From NCBI GenBank assembly GCA_963803705.1, contig CAWDNU010000004.1, positions 704,001-768,000 of the forward strand: DNA of 64,000 nt, written 5' to 3'. Positions 29,280 through 39,171 of the stretch are shown here, piece after piece. Under the pieces are notes generated by a model. The model saw only the letters and a list, made by a program, of their open reading frames with translations, made no database searches and was not told the origin of the DNA. How positions within the stretch are numbered: position 1 is the stretch's first letter; each line of letters begins with the position of its first letter. A program made the position numbers and the translations under genes. This stretch comes from an uncultured Pseudobdellovibrionaceae bacterium. GTDB taxonomy: Bacteria > Bdellovibrionota > Bdellovibrionia > Bdellovibrionales > UBA1609.

Positions 29280-30563
29280 TTAAGCTAAAGGTGCTACACC
29301 TATTGTTGCCACTGCATATATTCCATTTGAGTTACAAATTATTGTCCTTACAGTTTGATTTGCAGAAGTTACTATTTTTGAGAAAGCGCCGTTATTGATC
29401 GTTAAGCTAGATGAACTACCTTGAGGGTTAAATAGAACAAAGGTGCAATTTGTTGGTACGGTTAACGTACGGTTCAATGCTCCCACAGAAGTGATTCTTA
29501 CTACTATGTTCGGCCCTTTATAGTTCGTTATGTCCACATTAGCTGAATTTGAAATTGTAAGCTCACTGTCATGGTAAACTTCCGGTGCAAGCTTTTCTTT
29601 CGTAATATTATTATTAAGTACCTTGGAAGTAACAACTGAGTTTGCAGCCAATTTTCCACTGGTGACATTTAAATCTGTTATTTTAGATGTAGTAACTGAG
29701 TTAGCAGTTAGCTTTAAGTTAGTGATTGAATTATCAGGCACTGTAGGAAGCTTCCACGTCGCGACGTTGTCTTCAATAGTTAAAACTCTGTCATTAACGC
29801 CTGTTCCATTTAACTTAGATACTGATATGTTTGCTGAATTGTCTATAGAGTTATTAGTTAATAAGCCAAAAGAAATTGTATCAGCGTTTCGTCTAAGTAC
29901 GTGGCCATTTGTAAGAGCCTGAATGCCTCCTACTGCTCCTTCACTTGTTGAAGCTCTACCTAAGATACTTGATGCTGGAATATCCTCCAGCTTTGTATAA
30001 GGTATTGAGTTGGCTAACATGTTACTATTAATTTGTGTAAAACCTAAAGCATCACTTGTTCTAGTTAATACTCTATCATTTGTACCAGCTTGAATCTCGG
30101 CTATTGATCCACTTGAATTTACATCTCTACCTAATATTGATGTTGCGGTTATAGTTTGTAGTTTTGATATATCTATAGATGCACTAGGGTCTATGTCAGC
30201 ATTAGTAATAGCTGAAGCTTGTGCTAGTTTACTGCCCTTAAAAGTTAAATCATTGTCTGCATCTAAAGTTAAAAATAAATTTTCAGAATTGTCGTTATTA
30301 CGAAATGCGATTGAGTCTGATTTAGCAAGTCTAAATGAACCTACTGTTGCTACGTTAGTTGTCCTAGTAGAGTAGTATAGAGATTTAAGTCCGAAGCTTG
30401 ATCCAAAATCTACATCTGCAAGTAAAGTAAAATTACCACCTGCTTTTTGTAAAAGGCCTGATGTGATTGCACTAGCCCAATCTGTGACCTGTCCACCCCA
30501 GTCAGAATCACCTGGCTCTGGAAATGGGTAATTGTTGTTATTAATATTTAGGTTAATTGCCAT
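29280..30563 (-). CDS. Tail fibre-like protein with internal repeats
   Basis: Two SILGR..IQA.TN..VL.R repeats and five 10-aa (N)S(V/I)TxxKL/I repeats. Confidence 0.75.
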   Translation of the reverse strand: MAINLNINNNNYPFPEPGDSDWGGQVTDWASAITSGLLQKAGGNFTLLADVDFGSSFGLKSLYYSTRTTNVATVGSFRLAKSDSIAFRNNDNSENLFLTLDADNDLTFKGSKLAQASAITNADIDPSASIDISKLQTITATSILGRDVNSSGSIAEIQAGTNDRVLTRTSDALGFTQINSNMLANSIPYTKLEDIPASSILGRASTSEGAVGGIQALTNGHVLRRNADTISFGLLTNNSIDNSANISVSKLNGTGVNDRVLTIEDNVATWKLPTVPDNSITNLKLTANSVTTSKITDLNVTSGKLAANSVVTSKVLNNNITKEKLAPEVYHDSELTISNSANVDITNYKGPNIVVRITSVGALNRTLTVPTNCTFVLFNPQGSSSSLTINNGAFSKIVTSANQTVRTIICNSNGIYAVATIGVAPLA

Positions 30564-30593
30564 TTATAATTTGCTCCATTCGGTAGCTTTTAG

Positions 30594-30632
30594 AAAAAAT
30601 AACCCTGGCCCGCATCCGTGCAAACCAGAGTT
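30594..30632 (-). terminator. Rho-independent terminator after the capsid gene
   Basis: AACTCTGGTTTGCA-CGGA-TGCGGGCCAGGGTT followed by ATTTTTT. Confidence 0.75.
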
Positions 30633-30689
30633 GAAAAGTACAATTAAAGCTAAAGGGTCCTTCAACCCTCTAACCTCTAAAATTTGTGG

Positions 30690-31955
30690 TTATGCACCAA
30701 TTCCTGTGATGTAAACACATCTTGCAGGTGTTTCGATGAACAAAGATTGTGCGCTGTAAACTCTCATTTCAAACCCAGCATTGTTTGGAAGGTGTAAGAA
30801 TATTTCATCTTTTCTTCCTGGAGTATTGAAACTTACATCCTGAGCACCAATTCTCTTAAGTCTTTCTGGAGGGAAAATAAATGCTTCACCTTCTTTAACT
30901 ATGTTATGAGAGATAATTTCTATTTGGCCGTTCTGACCATAGAAACAAAGGTTTTCAAAACCGTTTTCAGCTTTATCTTTTTTGTATGAACCATCATAAC
31001 GTCTAAGAGCTGCTTCGTTGGAAGATAACTGGCTCCAAGTGTCGGGGTTAACTGCTACAACTACTTTTTCATCTAAGCCACGAACTACTGCTTTTGAAAC
31101 AGCTTTCAATAGTTTAGCTAAAGTAAGGTCGCCTGAAACAGTTTCAACATTACCTTTCCACAAGTTATATTCGCTAGCGTCGATATTAAATAATTCACCA
31201 GTATTAGTTATAATCTTTCTCATTCCGGCCATTTCAGCCCATTGAGAAGCACTAATACGTGAACCTTTAAAGTAAACGTCAGCTGCACCAGCAGCATCTA
31301 GAGCCGTTATTCCAGTAGAAGTACCAGTAACAGTAATAGATTTGTTATCTACATCTACCGATTGAATAGTAAACACGGCGTTGTCGCCAGAAGATACTAG
31401 TGAACCATTCGAAGTTAGGTAAAAGTTTATTTTAGATTTTTCAGCACCACTGTAAATTCCAGCTGCAAATGAAGCATCAGTTAGTGTTACTATAGTAGAT
31501 GTAGTATCAACATTGCTAGAAGAAGCTTTTACACCAATTCCAACTTGACCATGAAGCATACAAATTTCTAAACGCTTTGTGATACTCTCCATCATGTTTT
31601 CAACTAAAAGCTCAGTAGCTTTAACGAATGCTTTTTGGCCACTAGAGGCTTTTGCCGCTGCATCATAAGAAAGAGCAGATCTAAGTAAAAGCTGGTTACC
31701 TTGTACTTGTGCATCTTGCATCGCCATAGGAACAGATGCTTCTAAATCAAATGCACCACTATTAGGGTTTGCATAAGTAACGCCTTGCTCATTAGCTACG
31801 ATAACTGGTTGATGATACTTGTTTCCTGTCTCTTTTTCTCTAGAAACAAATGGGATTAATTTTGTTAATTTTGCTGACTCTGGGATTAAATTTTGAATCT
31901 CATCGCCGTATGCTTCTTTAAATAGACCTGTTAGGTCGCTTGGACTTGTTGCCAT
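30690..31955 (-). CDS. Major capsid protein
   Basis: 421 aa after the scaffold gene; LFKEAYGD, YHQPV, ENMMESITKRLE...GQ, terminal PARCVYITGI; own leader and terminator. Confidence 0.85.
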   Translation of the reverse strand: MATSPSDLTGLFKEAYGDEIQNLIPESAKLTKLIPFVSREKETGNKYHQPVIVANEQGVTYANPNSGAFDLEASVPMAMQDAQVQGNQLLLRSALSYDAAAKASSGQKAFVKATELLVENMMESITKRLEICMLHGQVGIGVKASSSNVDTTSTIVTLTDASFAAGIYSGAEKSKINFYLTSNGSLVSSGDNAVFTIQSVDVDNKSITVTGTSTGITALDAAGAADVYFKGSRISASQWAEMAGMRKIITNTGELFNIDASEYNLWKGNVETVSGDLTLAKLLKAVSKAVVRGLDEKVVVAVNPDTWSQLSSNEAALRRYDGSYKKDKAENGFENLCFYGQNGQIEIISHNIVKEGEAFIFPPERLKRIGAQDVSFNTPGRKDEIFLHLPNNAGFEMRVYSAQSLFIETPARCVYITGIGA

Positions 31956-32137
31956 TATAAATATTCCTTTATTTATTGGTTAGTTTTAGTTTCAATTTCC
32001 TATTTTGGATCTTGGATCTAAGAGCTAGTTTGGCCGTAGCGACTAATCTAATAATCAAGTCAAAATACTTGTAAGGGCTTACCTAGTTGTTTCATTCGCT
32101 TTGGCGTACCGAGCTACTAGAAGCAAATATTCATGCC

Positions 32138-32155
32138 CTTACTATTACTTGGTAA
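32138..32155 (-). promoter_or_regulatory. Phage promoter-like box upstream of the capsid leader
   Basis: TTACCAAGTAATAGTAAG exact copy. Confidence 0.7.
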
Positions 32156-32163
32156 AAATTGGG

Positions 32164-33099
32164 TTATTCACCTTTTAAAAGTGACATTTTTTTTCTCCAC
32201 TCATCTTTGGAGATTTTCTTAGACTCAGTTTCACGCACCTTAGCAGTACCTTGTTCATCAGGTGTTTTAGGTTGTGATTTAGTACCTTTGACCCTGGATA
32301 CATCCCACTTTCGGATCTTGTTTGCAGTCTCATCGCCTAGAATTTTGATAAGTGCGTCTGCATCTAAACCGCCGAATAGTGATTTTTGTTCATTGATATA
32401 GTCTTGCCTGACCATATCCACTACATCAGAAGCTGATACATTAATTCCTCTTTGAAGGCCTTGGTGCATATAGAAGGCCATACGCTTAACTGTATGTTCG
32501 CTTTTGGGTAGTCCTGAAGTTCCTAATGCATCAGTAATTTGTTTTGAATAATCCTGTGTATATTTGTCTCTAAGGGCTTGAGCTTGTTTTGTCTCTTCTT
32601 CTTGCTGTTGAGCTTTCTTCTGATTTTCTTGTTCTTCTAGTATTGCTTTATATTTTCTAAGCTCTTTTTGATCATCAGTAAGACCATCTTCTTCAAGTTC
32701 TTTTTCTAATTGTTCGTATAGATACTGTTCAGCAAACTGTCTTAGATCTAAACCTAAAGCTGGATTTTCCAACACTTTCTTTGGATTAGTTTTAAGTAGG
32801 CTGATAAATTCTTCAGCTTGCTTCTTGCTCATAGCAGCCTCTCTGAATTTTTCATCAGCCGCTTTTCTAGTTTGGTAACCGGCAACTAATTCCGATTCAT
32901 CCACTTCTATTTCTTCGCCATTAACTTTGACCTTAAACTTTCTTATTCCAGTGCCGTCATCAGGCTGCACTTTTGGCTTAGTCCCTTTATCTGGTGTAAC
33001 CTCGTTATCTTGAGACTCGTTTGACTCAACTGATTCATTAACTTCGGCTGTTTCTACTACTTCACTAGATTCTACTGGAGCACTTGCTTCTTCTGACAT
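32164..33099 (-). CDS. Capsid scaffolding protein
   Basis: Acidic N-terminus, KVKVNGEEIEVDESELVAGYQ motif, coiled coil. Confidence 0.85.
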   Translation of the reverse strand: MSEEASAPVESSEVVETAEVNESVESNESQDNEVTPDKGTKPKVQPDDGTGIRKFKVKVNGEEIEVDESELVAGYQTRKAADEKFREAAMSKKQAEEFISLLKTNPKKVLENPALGLDLRQFAEQYLYEQLEKELEEDGLTDDQKELRKYKAILEEQENQKKAQQQEEETKQAQALRDKYTQDYSKQITDALGTSGLPKSEHTVKRMAFYMHQGLQRGINVSASDVVDMVRQDYINEQKSLFGGLDADALIKILGDETANKIRKWDVSRVKGTKSQPKTPDEQGTAKVRETESKKISKDEWRKKMSLLKGE

Positions 33100-33164
33100 A
33101 CTGTCCTTCCTTTACCGCGTCATCCTGATAGCGGTTAATGTGTCACCCAAATCGGGTAGACTGT

Positions 33165-33830
33165 TTATTTCCTTTTAATTTTATATGCGTGTTCTATTAC
33201 GGCTTTAACGTACTTATGAGGAACAGTTACGCCATACATAAATATTGGCGTTGGTCCTGCATAAAGTAGGTTTACTAATTCACCTTTAGAATTAAATACT
33301 GGTGAGCCACTATTACCACCGAACGTTAGGGTGCTAATGTAGTTACTTCTTTTAGTTATTGTGTGAAAACCGTAGTTTACTTCGACTGGTATATTAAGAC
33401 TTATTAAGTACCCGTCCCTTGGAGTTAAAACATCTCCGCGTGGGTAGCCAAGTAAGGTTACTCTATCAAACATCTTAAATTCTTTTTTAGCTAACCTAAT
33501 TGGGGTTTTCTTATCTCGGCTAGTTAGTACGCAAACATCATGATACTTAGATGAAACTATTATTCTTTCTAAAGAGTCACCTACCCGAACAATGCCCTTT
33601 TCAAATCCCGCAGGGACATTGCAACAGTGTCTATTTGTTACATTGAAATACTCTTTTTTATATTTGATAGAAACTGAAGAACAGAATCTCTGACCATATG
33701 AGTTTTTCAAAGGCTTGGTATGCTTCACAACTTGCTTTAGCTTTTTGATACTTTTTATCTGCATTACCTGTACTGGTTGAAGAGCGTAAGAGCTAAAGAC
33801 TAGAAACAAAAGAAATAGTTTTGCTATCAT
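33165..33830 (-). CDS. Trypsin-like serine protease with signal peptide
   Basis: Catalytic triad TNRHCC, HDVCVL, GGNSGSPV; hydrophobic N-terminus. Confidence 0.85.
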   Translation of the reverse strand: MIAKLFLLFLVFSSYALQPVQVMQIKSIKKLKQVVKHTKPLKNSYGQRFCSSVSIKYKKEYFNVTNRHCCNVPAGFEKGIVRVGDSLERIIVSSKYHDVCVLTSRDKKTPIRLAKKEFKMFDRVTLLGYPRGDVLTPRDGYLISLNIPVEVNYGFHTITKRSNYISTLTFGGNSGSPVFNSKGELVNLLYAGPTPIFMYGVTVPHKYVKAVIEHAYKIKRK

Positions 33831-35824
33831 GTTGGCTCTCCTTCATTCCTTCCCGTTGAGCCTGATGCTAGAGTTACTGTTTCGCCTGTTAAAGGATTAG
33901 TTGGTGCCAAAGGCTGATTTACATTTTCAGCTTGTTGCAATACTTCTGGTGTTGAATTTTCTAGTTGAGCTGTGTTTCCCATAGCTTGTTGATTAGGTTG
34001 TGGTGGTACTGCCTGTTGCCCTAAAAGACCTAGCATTGTGGCATTAGCTGGGTCGCTTAACATGTTTAAATGCTCTTGCAAGTGAGCTGTAACTACAGCA
34101 ATCAAATTAGGATCACGCCTAGCTTCAGGGTTAGCCAATATAGCTCTATGCTCTTGAATGTGAGTCATATGGTTGTCGGTTATAATTACTGGAACCTGTT
34201 TACCATCTGCTAGCTCTTCATTTTCTGACTTAATATTAATAAGCTCTGCTTGAGTACCTTCAATCATTGGCTCTAGCTTTCCGGTAGTTAAGACCATGAT
34301 GTATTCATCTGGTGTTTTAACCATTCCATTTTGAAGTAAATTCTCTGCTAGCTGTAAACGTCCACTAGTTGTCTTAGATAAAGCGTTGCCCATGTCTACG
34401 ATTATTCTTTGGACGCTGTCTAGATCGTCACCTTTAAACTCTTTCATCATAGATCTGTTAGAGCGGCCTGCGATCATCGCCACACGCGGCACAGTTGCAA
34501 AATCACGTAGAATATTTATTGTTGCAGTTCCTAAGTCTTCTAATAACTGAGCATAAGATTGTTGAAGTGAAATACTAAACTGAATAGCCATAGACTGAAC
34601 CAATGCTAATGCGCTTCCTGACTTTAAGCTCGCCTCTGGGTTACCTCTAGCTACACTGTTAACACCAGATAGCGTTTCACTTAGCTGTTCTAGTTGAGTA
34701 ATAAAATTAAATATTTCTGGAGGTGTGCTAGTTAGGTTTAAGGGCTGTGGGGGGCCTGACTGTTTATCATATTCAATCAGGTTAAGACCGCCTGACAATT
34801 CAGTTACACCAATATTCGACCCTCTAGGACTTACTATATTCTGTACACCAAAGGTGACTTGGTTAGTTAAAACTGTTGAGTAAAGAGAATTGATCGCTTC
34901 CTGAACAGGTATTAGGTCAAACCCGACAGTATATCCAAAAATAGATCCGACTTGATCTTCTGGCATGATTCTATAAACAGGTATTTCTCTATATGGAAGT
35001 GGGCCGTCTATTAAAACTATGTCTGAGTCACAAACTATAGTCAGCCTACCTTCTGGTAAAGCATCTGTTGGCTTATGATATAAAGTGAAAACTTCTACAT
35101 CATCAGAATCACCTAAGAACTTATCACCTTGTCTGAGGGAATATTGGTTTTCTGATCTAGTGCTTAGATTTTCAATTCTATCTGCAAGCTCTGGGTATTT
35201 AGCAGCTAGTGTGTATCTATTTTCGTAAGTCCTGACTATATTCCAGTCATGCTTATTAGAATTATTCTTAGTGTAATCTCTAGCAACATCTAGCGGTATA
35301 TGATTTTCATATTCTAGGTCACCTTCTTTAATAGGCGCTTGTGTCTCTGGATTAATTCCATAAGTCTCGCCTGAGGTTGCATTCCAAGCAGCAGATACAA
35401 ATCCTTCTCCAAACATAAGGGCGTGTTCAACACCTTGCTTGATATATCTTTCTAATTTCTTTTCACGCATGTAATAATCTAGAAGACCTGAAGCTAATAT
35501 AGTTTGCTGCTGAGATTTAGCATCACTGTTCACTGCTCTTGCTTCAAAAGCTGGTCGCTGCTGAGTGGTCATTGTCTTTAGATGCGTCAGCAAATTCTTA
35601 TAATGGTTTACGGCTATATTTGTAAATTCACCTTGCTCACCAGACTTAGTTAACTGTGATCCATGTAGAGCTGGGTTATAATAATACTCATAAGATCTTC
35701 TCCATAGATTTAATCTACCAGAAGTAAAAATATGCATTTCATACTCTTCAAATTTCTTTAATATCTCGTCGCCAATTTCTTTTGAATCTTTTGCGGCCCA
35801 ATATTGTCTACTTTTTTCACTCAT
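33827..35824 (-). CDS. Portal protein
   Basis: 665 aa after terminase; P22/podovirus-like portal features (LSGVNSVARG, SGSALA), Q/P-rich tail. Confidence 0.88.
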   Translation of the reverse strand: MSEKSRQYWAAKDSKEIGDEILKKFEEYEMHIFTSGRLNLWRRSYEYYYNPALHGSQLTKSGEQGEFTNIAVNHYKNLLTHLKTMTTQQRPAFEARAVNSDAKSQQQTILASGLLDYYMREKKLERYIKQGVEHALMFGEGFVSAAWNATSGETYGINPETQAPIKEGDLEYENHIPLDVARDYTKNNSNKHDWNIVRTYENRYTLAAKYPELADRIENLSTRSENQYSLRQGDKFLGDSDDVEVFTLYHKPTDALPEGRLTIVCDSDIVLIDGPLPYREIPVYRIMPEDQVGSIFGYTVGFDLIPVQEAINSLYSTVLTNQVTFGVQNIVSPRGSNIGVTELSGGLNLIEYDKQSGPPQPLNLTSTPPEIFNFITQLEQLSETLSGVNSVARGNPEASLKSGSALALVQSMAIQFSISLQQSYAQLLEDLGTATINILRDFATVPRVAMIAGRSNRSMMKEFKGDDLDSVQRIIVDMGNALSKTTSGRLQLAENLLQNGMVKTPDEYIMVLTTGKLEPMIEGTQAELINIKSENEELADGKQVPVIITDNHMTHIQEHRAILANPEARRDPNLIAVVTAHLQEHLNMLSDPANATMLGLLGQQAVPPQPNQQAMGNTAQLENSTPEVLQQAENVNQPLAPTNPLTGETVTLASGSTGRNEGEPT

Positions 35825-35850
35825 AAGTTATTCCTTCAACTTGATTAAGT

Positions 35851-37287
35851 TTATTTCTTCCTTCTAAATAGGTTTTTAAACGCTTCCTGCGTTCGTGTTT
35901 GGTTCATACCTTCCGGTATAAAATGCGTGTACTGAGACATGTTGTGTGTATTTGGAACTGGGTTTGTATTTCTAGATAGGTTACGAACTAAATAGACTAA
36001 GGCTGCTAGATGATCAAAATGCTTATATACTTTTGCTCTTCCAAACTTATCTCTTTTTTGTGTCCATATTCCGTACTTCAAGCAACCAATTAGCATTGTG
36101 CATCTTGGATGAACTTTTATTTGGCCTTTTTGGGCCATCATTCTTACGGCGTTTACCATTGCATCTAGCGAGTCTTTACCAGTTGGCAAAAAGTGCATGC
36201 CATGTGCTGAGTGCAAATCATTTAGCAGCATTAAGTTGTTATTATCTGAAACTCTTCTATAAGGTTTAAGGTCACCAAAGATTAATTTCTCTTTTTCCTT
36301 TAACTCTTTAGTTAAATTTTCAGTAGTTACTTTTTCACCAGCTATGGTTGTTTCATCTTCAATATATAGTGTTGCATCGCTAAAGTTGTAATGGGCATAA
36401 AGAACGGCTGTAAAATCTCTTACACCCAGGTCCATGCCTACGTATCTATGCCAAAATGGCGTTAGGCTATCTACTTTATGTTCAGTTATATAATCATCAG
36501 ACCATTCAGGAATAATTTGTGAATCTTCGTCAACTACAAATTCAGCCATGTACTCACGCTTCCAAGTTGTAGAAGAAAAACCACCAGACTCTTTAGCAAA
36601 TAAATTTATCTCTTCATTAGAAATAGATTCGTTGTCATAGATTGTATATTTCTTATAGTGACCTTCAGCTTCACATTCTTGTGCTATAGAAGAAAAGTCG
36701 TGTGCAGGTGTTTTAGGAGGCGTTGAAGCTAATAGTGTAGTTCCACCTGTGGTTAGTGTCTGAGGTATTAAAATACTTTGAACAACGTATTCTAGTTCAT
36801 CACAAAAGCCTGCTTCATCAATTAGATTTAAATGACTAGCAGTACCCCTTAGTGATTCTGAATTATTATTATCAGTACCTGCTAAATGTATTTCAGAGCC
36901 ATTAGGAAACACCCAAACGCCGTCTTGTGTTTTGTACAATGGTTTAAGGTCTTGGGGACATGATGCTAGTAGCATCTTAATTATGGGGTTAGTTATTTTC
37001 CTAAGAGCTTTAGCAGTTGGAGCTGCGAATCTGATTTGCGATCCTGGGTATTTAATCGAGTACATTATTGCTATAAGACAAAGAAGCGTGCTTTTGCCCC
37101 AACGCCTAGAACAGTTAAGGACAAACTTAAGACATTCTTTGTTTTCAATCGCAGACCATAGGTCATCAAATAGTTGAACTTGATAGTCTCTAAGTAAATG
37201 CTGTAAAAGCCCTCTTTCCCAAGCGACTCTTAATAACTCTGGTTCTGTAAAAATGGACTGATCATCCGTTAGAGGCATATCACTCAT
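35851..37287 (-). CDS. Terminase large subunit
   Basis: LRDYQ, Walker A SRRWGKS, Walker B LIDEAG, ASTP, nuclease GMDLG, HFDHLAAL. Confidence 0.93.
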   Translation of the reverse strand: MSDMPLTDDQSIFTEPELLRVAWERGLLQHLLRDYQVQLFDDLWSAIENKECLKFVLNCSRRWGKSTLLCLIAIMYSIKYPGSQIRFAAPTAKALRKITNPIIKMLLASCPQDLKPLYKTQDGVWVFPNGSEIHLAGTDNNNSESLRGTASHLNLIDEAGFCDELEYVVQSILIPQTLTTGGTTLLASTPPKTPAHDFSSIAQECEAEGHYKKYTIYDNESISNEEINLFAKESGGFSSTTWKREYMAEFVVDEDSQIIPEWSDDYITEHKVDSLTPFWHRYVGMDLGVRDFTAVLYAHYNFSDATLYIEDETTIAGEKVTTENLTKELKEKEKLIFGDLKPYRRVSDNNNLMLLNDLHSAHGMHFLPTGKDSLDAMVNAVRMMAQKGQIKVHPRCTMLIGCLKYGIWTQKRDKFGRAKVYKHFDHLAALVYLVRNLSRNTNPVPNTHNMSQYTHFIPEGMNQTRTQEAFKNLFRRKK

Positions 37288-37505
37288 TTTTTAACTAGCT
37301 TCAACTTTTCTAGAACTTCTGAATCACTTAGCTTATTAGTTTTAGCCGTACCTGAAATGCTAGTTGCTTCACCTAGGAGTAGCTGCCGAGTTTTTACTAA
37401 AGCCTCAAGTTTTTTAACTTCTTCGTACTGTAAAGACCTTTCTTCTGATATTGCTTCTAATCTGGTAATTTCATTTTCAATGATATTCAAAGATGGGTTA
37501 TTCAT
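37284..37505 (-). CDS. Small protein, possible terminase small subunit
   Basis: 73 aa, ATGA-coupled directly upstream of the large terminase. Confidence 0.55.
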   Translation of the reverse strand: MNNPSLNIIENEITRLEAISEERSLQYEEVKKLEALVKTRQLLLGEATSISGTAKTNKLSDSEVLEKLKLVKK

Positions 37506-37873
37506 CGTCTAGCTCCAAAAGATTTAGTTTCAAGGCCCATTTTTAGTGATGCTTTTGAAGCTTCTTCTCTTGCAGAAGTAGCATTTGAATCTACCTGGTC
37601 TATCCTGGCATTAATTTCTTCTAAGCTAGCTTTAATATTGTTATCCCTACTCTTTTGCTCTGTGTATTTGGAGTAGCAATAGATAAGGCCCATAACTGAG
37701 AAGCAAATGGGCGTAATTATCTCACTCGGATTGATTAGCGCTGAGAATATGAAAAGAAACATCCCAACATTGGGGATTGTCCAAGATTTAAATGATGGAA
37801 ACTTTATTGGCCTGAAGAAGAACCTGTATAAAGTTGAAAAGAAGCGTCTACTGACATTTTTAATTTTATCCAT
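37502..37873 (-). CDS. Phage membrane protein
   Basis: Two TM segments and a coiled coil. Confidence 0.7.
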   Translation of the reverse strand: MDKIKNVSRRFFSTLYRFFFRPIKFPSFKSWTIPNVGMFLFIFSALINPSEIITPICFSVMGLIYCYSKYTEQKSRDNNIKASLEEINARIDQVDSNATSAREEASKASLKMGLETKSFGARR

Positions 37874-38122
37874 TTAGTCCTTCATAAAAAGATTATAAAA
37901 AGCTATCTTTGCTTCATCGATTACAATTGGTTTAATGTTTGGTGTGCCCTGCTCTACATTTATTATTTTGTCGTCTTGAGTAGATATAATTGAACACATC
38001 CAACTACCTTTGTTTTCACCTGATGAAATTTTATGAACAGTGATAGACTTAACTAGAGGAAATATTCTTGCTACTTCCTTTACCGGCTTTTTCTTAACAA
38101 CTTTTTTCTTAGCAACGGCCAT
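37874..38122 (-). CDS. Phage hypothetical protein
   Basis: 82-aa ORF abutting both neighbours. Confidence 0.7.
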   Translation of the reverse strand: MAVAKKKVVKKKPVKEVARIFPLVKSITVHKISSGENKGSWMCSIISTQDDKIINVEQGTPNIKPIVIDEAKIAFYNLFMKD

Positions 38123-38440
38123 TTACTTAGCCTGCTCTTGAGCTAGTTGTGGAATAAGAGCTGCGTCTGGATGATTTTGTGTTTCGTCTAAAAGATTCTT
38201 ATGTAAAGACTCTATGAATACTATTGCTTCACCGATGCGCTTATTTGTATGTCCCTGGTATTGACCCTGCATTAACAGGTCGTGAATATTAATCAGTTGT
38301 TTAAGTGAATTAACTTTATCTTCTAAATCCTTCGGTACTCTCTTCTTTTTATCTTTAGCCATGTATTTCTCCATTTTTATAGGGCCATTATGGTGCCTAT
38401 GTTTGCTTTCATCTTTTTCAGGTAGAAAGCGATTCTCCAC
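38123..38440 (-). CDS. Phage hypothetical protein
   Basis: First ORF of the late operon; start uncertain. Confidence 0.65.
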   Translation of the reverse strand: MENRFLPEKDESKHRHHNGPIKMEKYMAKDKKKRVPKDLEDKVNSLKQLINIHDLLMQGQYQGHTNKRIGEAIVFIESLHKNLLDETQNHPDAALIPQLAQEQAK

Positions 38441-38511
38441 TAAAATAAGAGCCTCTCACTAGCCACAGCGGAGTAATGCGACTAGCGAGAAACTGAACGC
38501 TTTTGCAGGCC

Positions 38512-38667
38512 CTTACTATTACTTGGTAAAATTCATATATTTTTAGTAAATTTATTTGTGCAGAACCTTGGGCGACTAAAGGAATTTTTTAGGTTCAATT
38601 AAGTGCGCCGCAAATGGTCCCTTAATACTTCTTGGTAAAATATTGAAAAATACCAAGTAAAGGTATG
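38512..38667. promoter_or_regulatory. Divergent control region with three promoter-like boxes
   Basis: Minus 38512-38529 (exact) and 38621-38638; plus 38650-38667. Confidence 0.65.
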
Positions 38668-39171
38668 AGGCACTTACGCTTAAAAATTAAAGGGATAAAA
38701 CCAATTAGCGTTAATGATGCTTATTATAAGTCGCGCATGATCTATAATAGAAAAGCAAGGGCATACATCACTGAGTTTCTTACTCAGCTACAGAAGTACA
38801 AGAAAGATATGCAGAAATTTACTAAAGCTTTCGATCCAATGACTGAGTGTTTGAAAGTTACTATGTCAGTATTTCTGCCAGAAAGTGAGATGTACACTAA
38901 GGCTGGCTATGTATCCCACCGATCTTCTGATGTAGATAATATGAATAAGGTAACTATTGATTGTCTATTTAACCAGAAGCAAATTCAGAAGGTGGTTAAG
39001 GAATTTCAAATTAGTAATATTTGTATTGATGATAAGTTTGTTTACAATTTGCAAACTGCAAAGTACGGCTATGATCAGCCTAATTATTTGATAGTTATAA
39101 CTATTAAAATTGAAAGTAACCAATCGGCCCACAATAGGGGCCAAAAGATTTTAAAAGGTTTAATTCAATAA
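38665..39171 (+). CDS. RusA-like Holliday junction resolvase
   Basis: PISVNDAY, DVDNMNKVTID, IDDKFV. Confidence 0.8.
   Translation: MRHLRLKIKGIKPISVNDAYYKSRMIYNRKARAYITEFLTQLQKYKKDMQKFTKAFDPMTECLKVTMSVFLPESEMYTKAGYVSHRSSDVDNMNKVTIDCLFNQKQIQKVVKEFQISNICIDDKFVYNLQTAKYGYDQPNYLIVITIKIESNQSAHNRGQKILKGLIQ

Noticed and set aside
18823..30563. Diversity-generating retroelement or invertible tail-fibre system
   Set aside because: No reverse transcriptase, invertase or template/variable repeat pair seen
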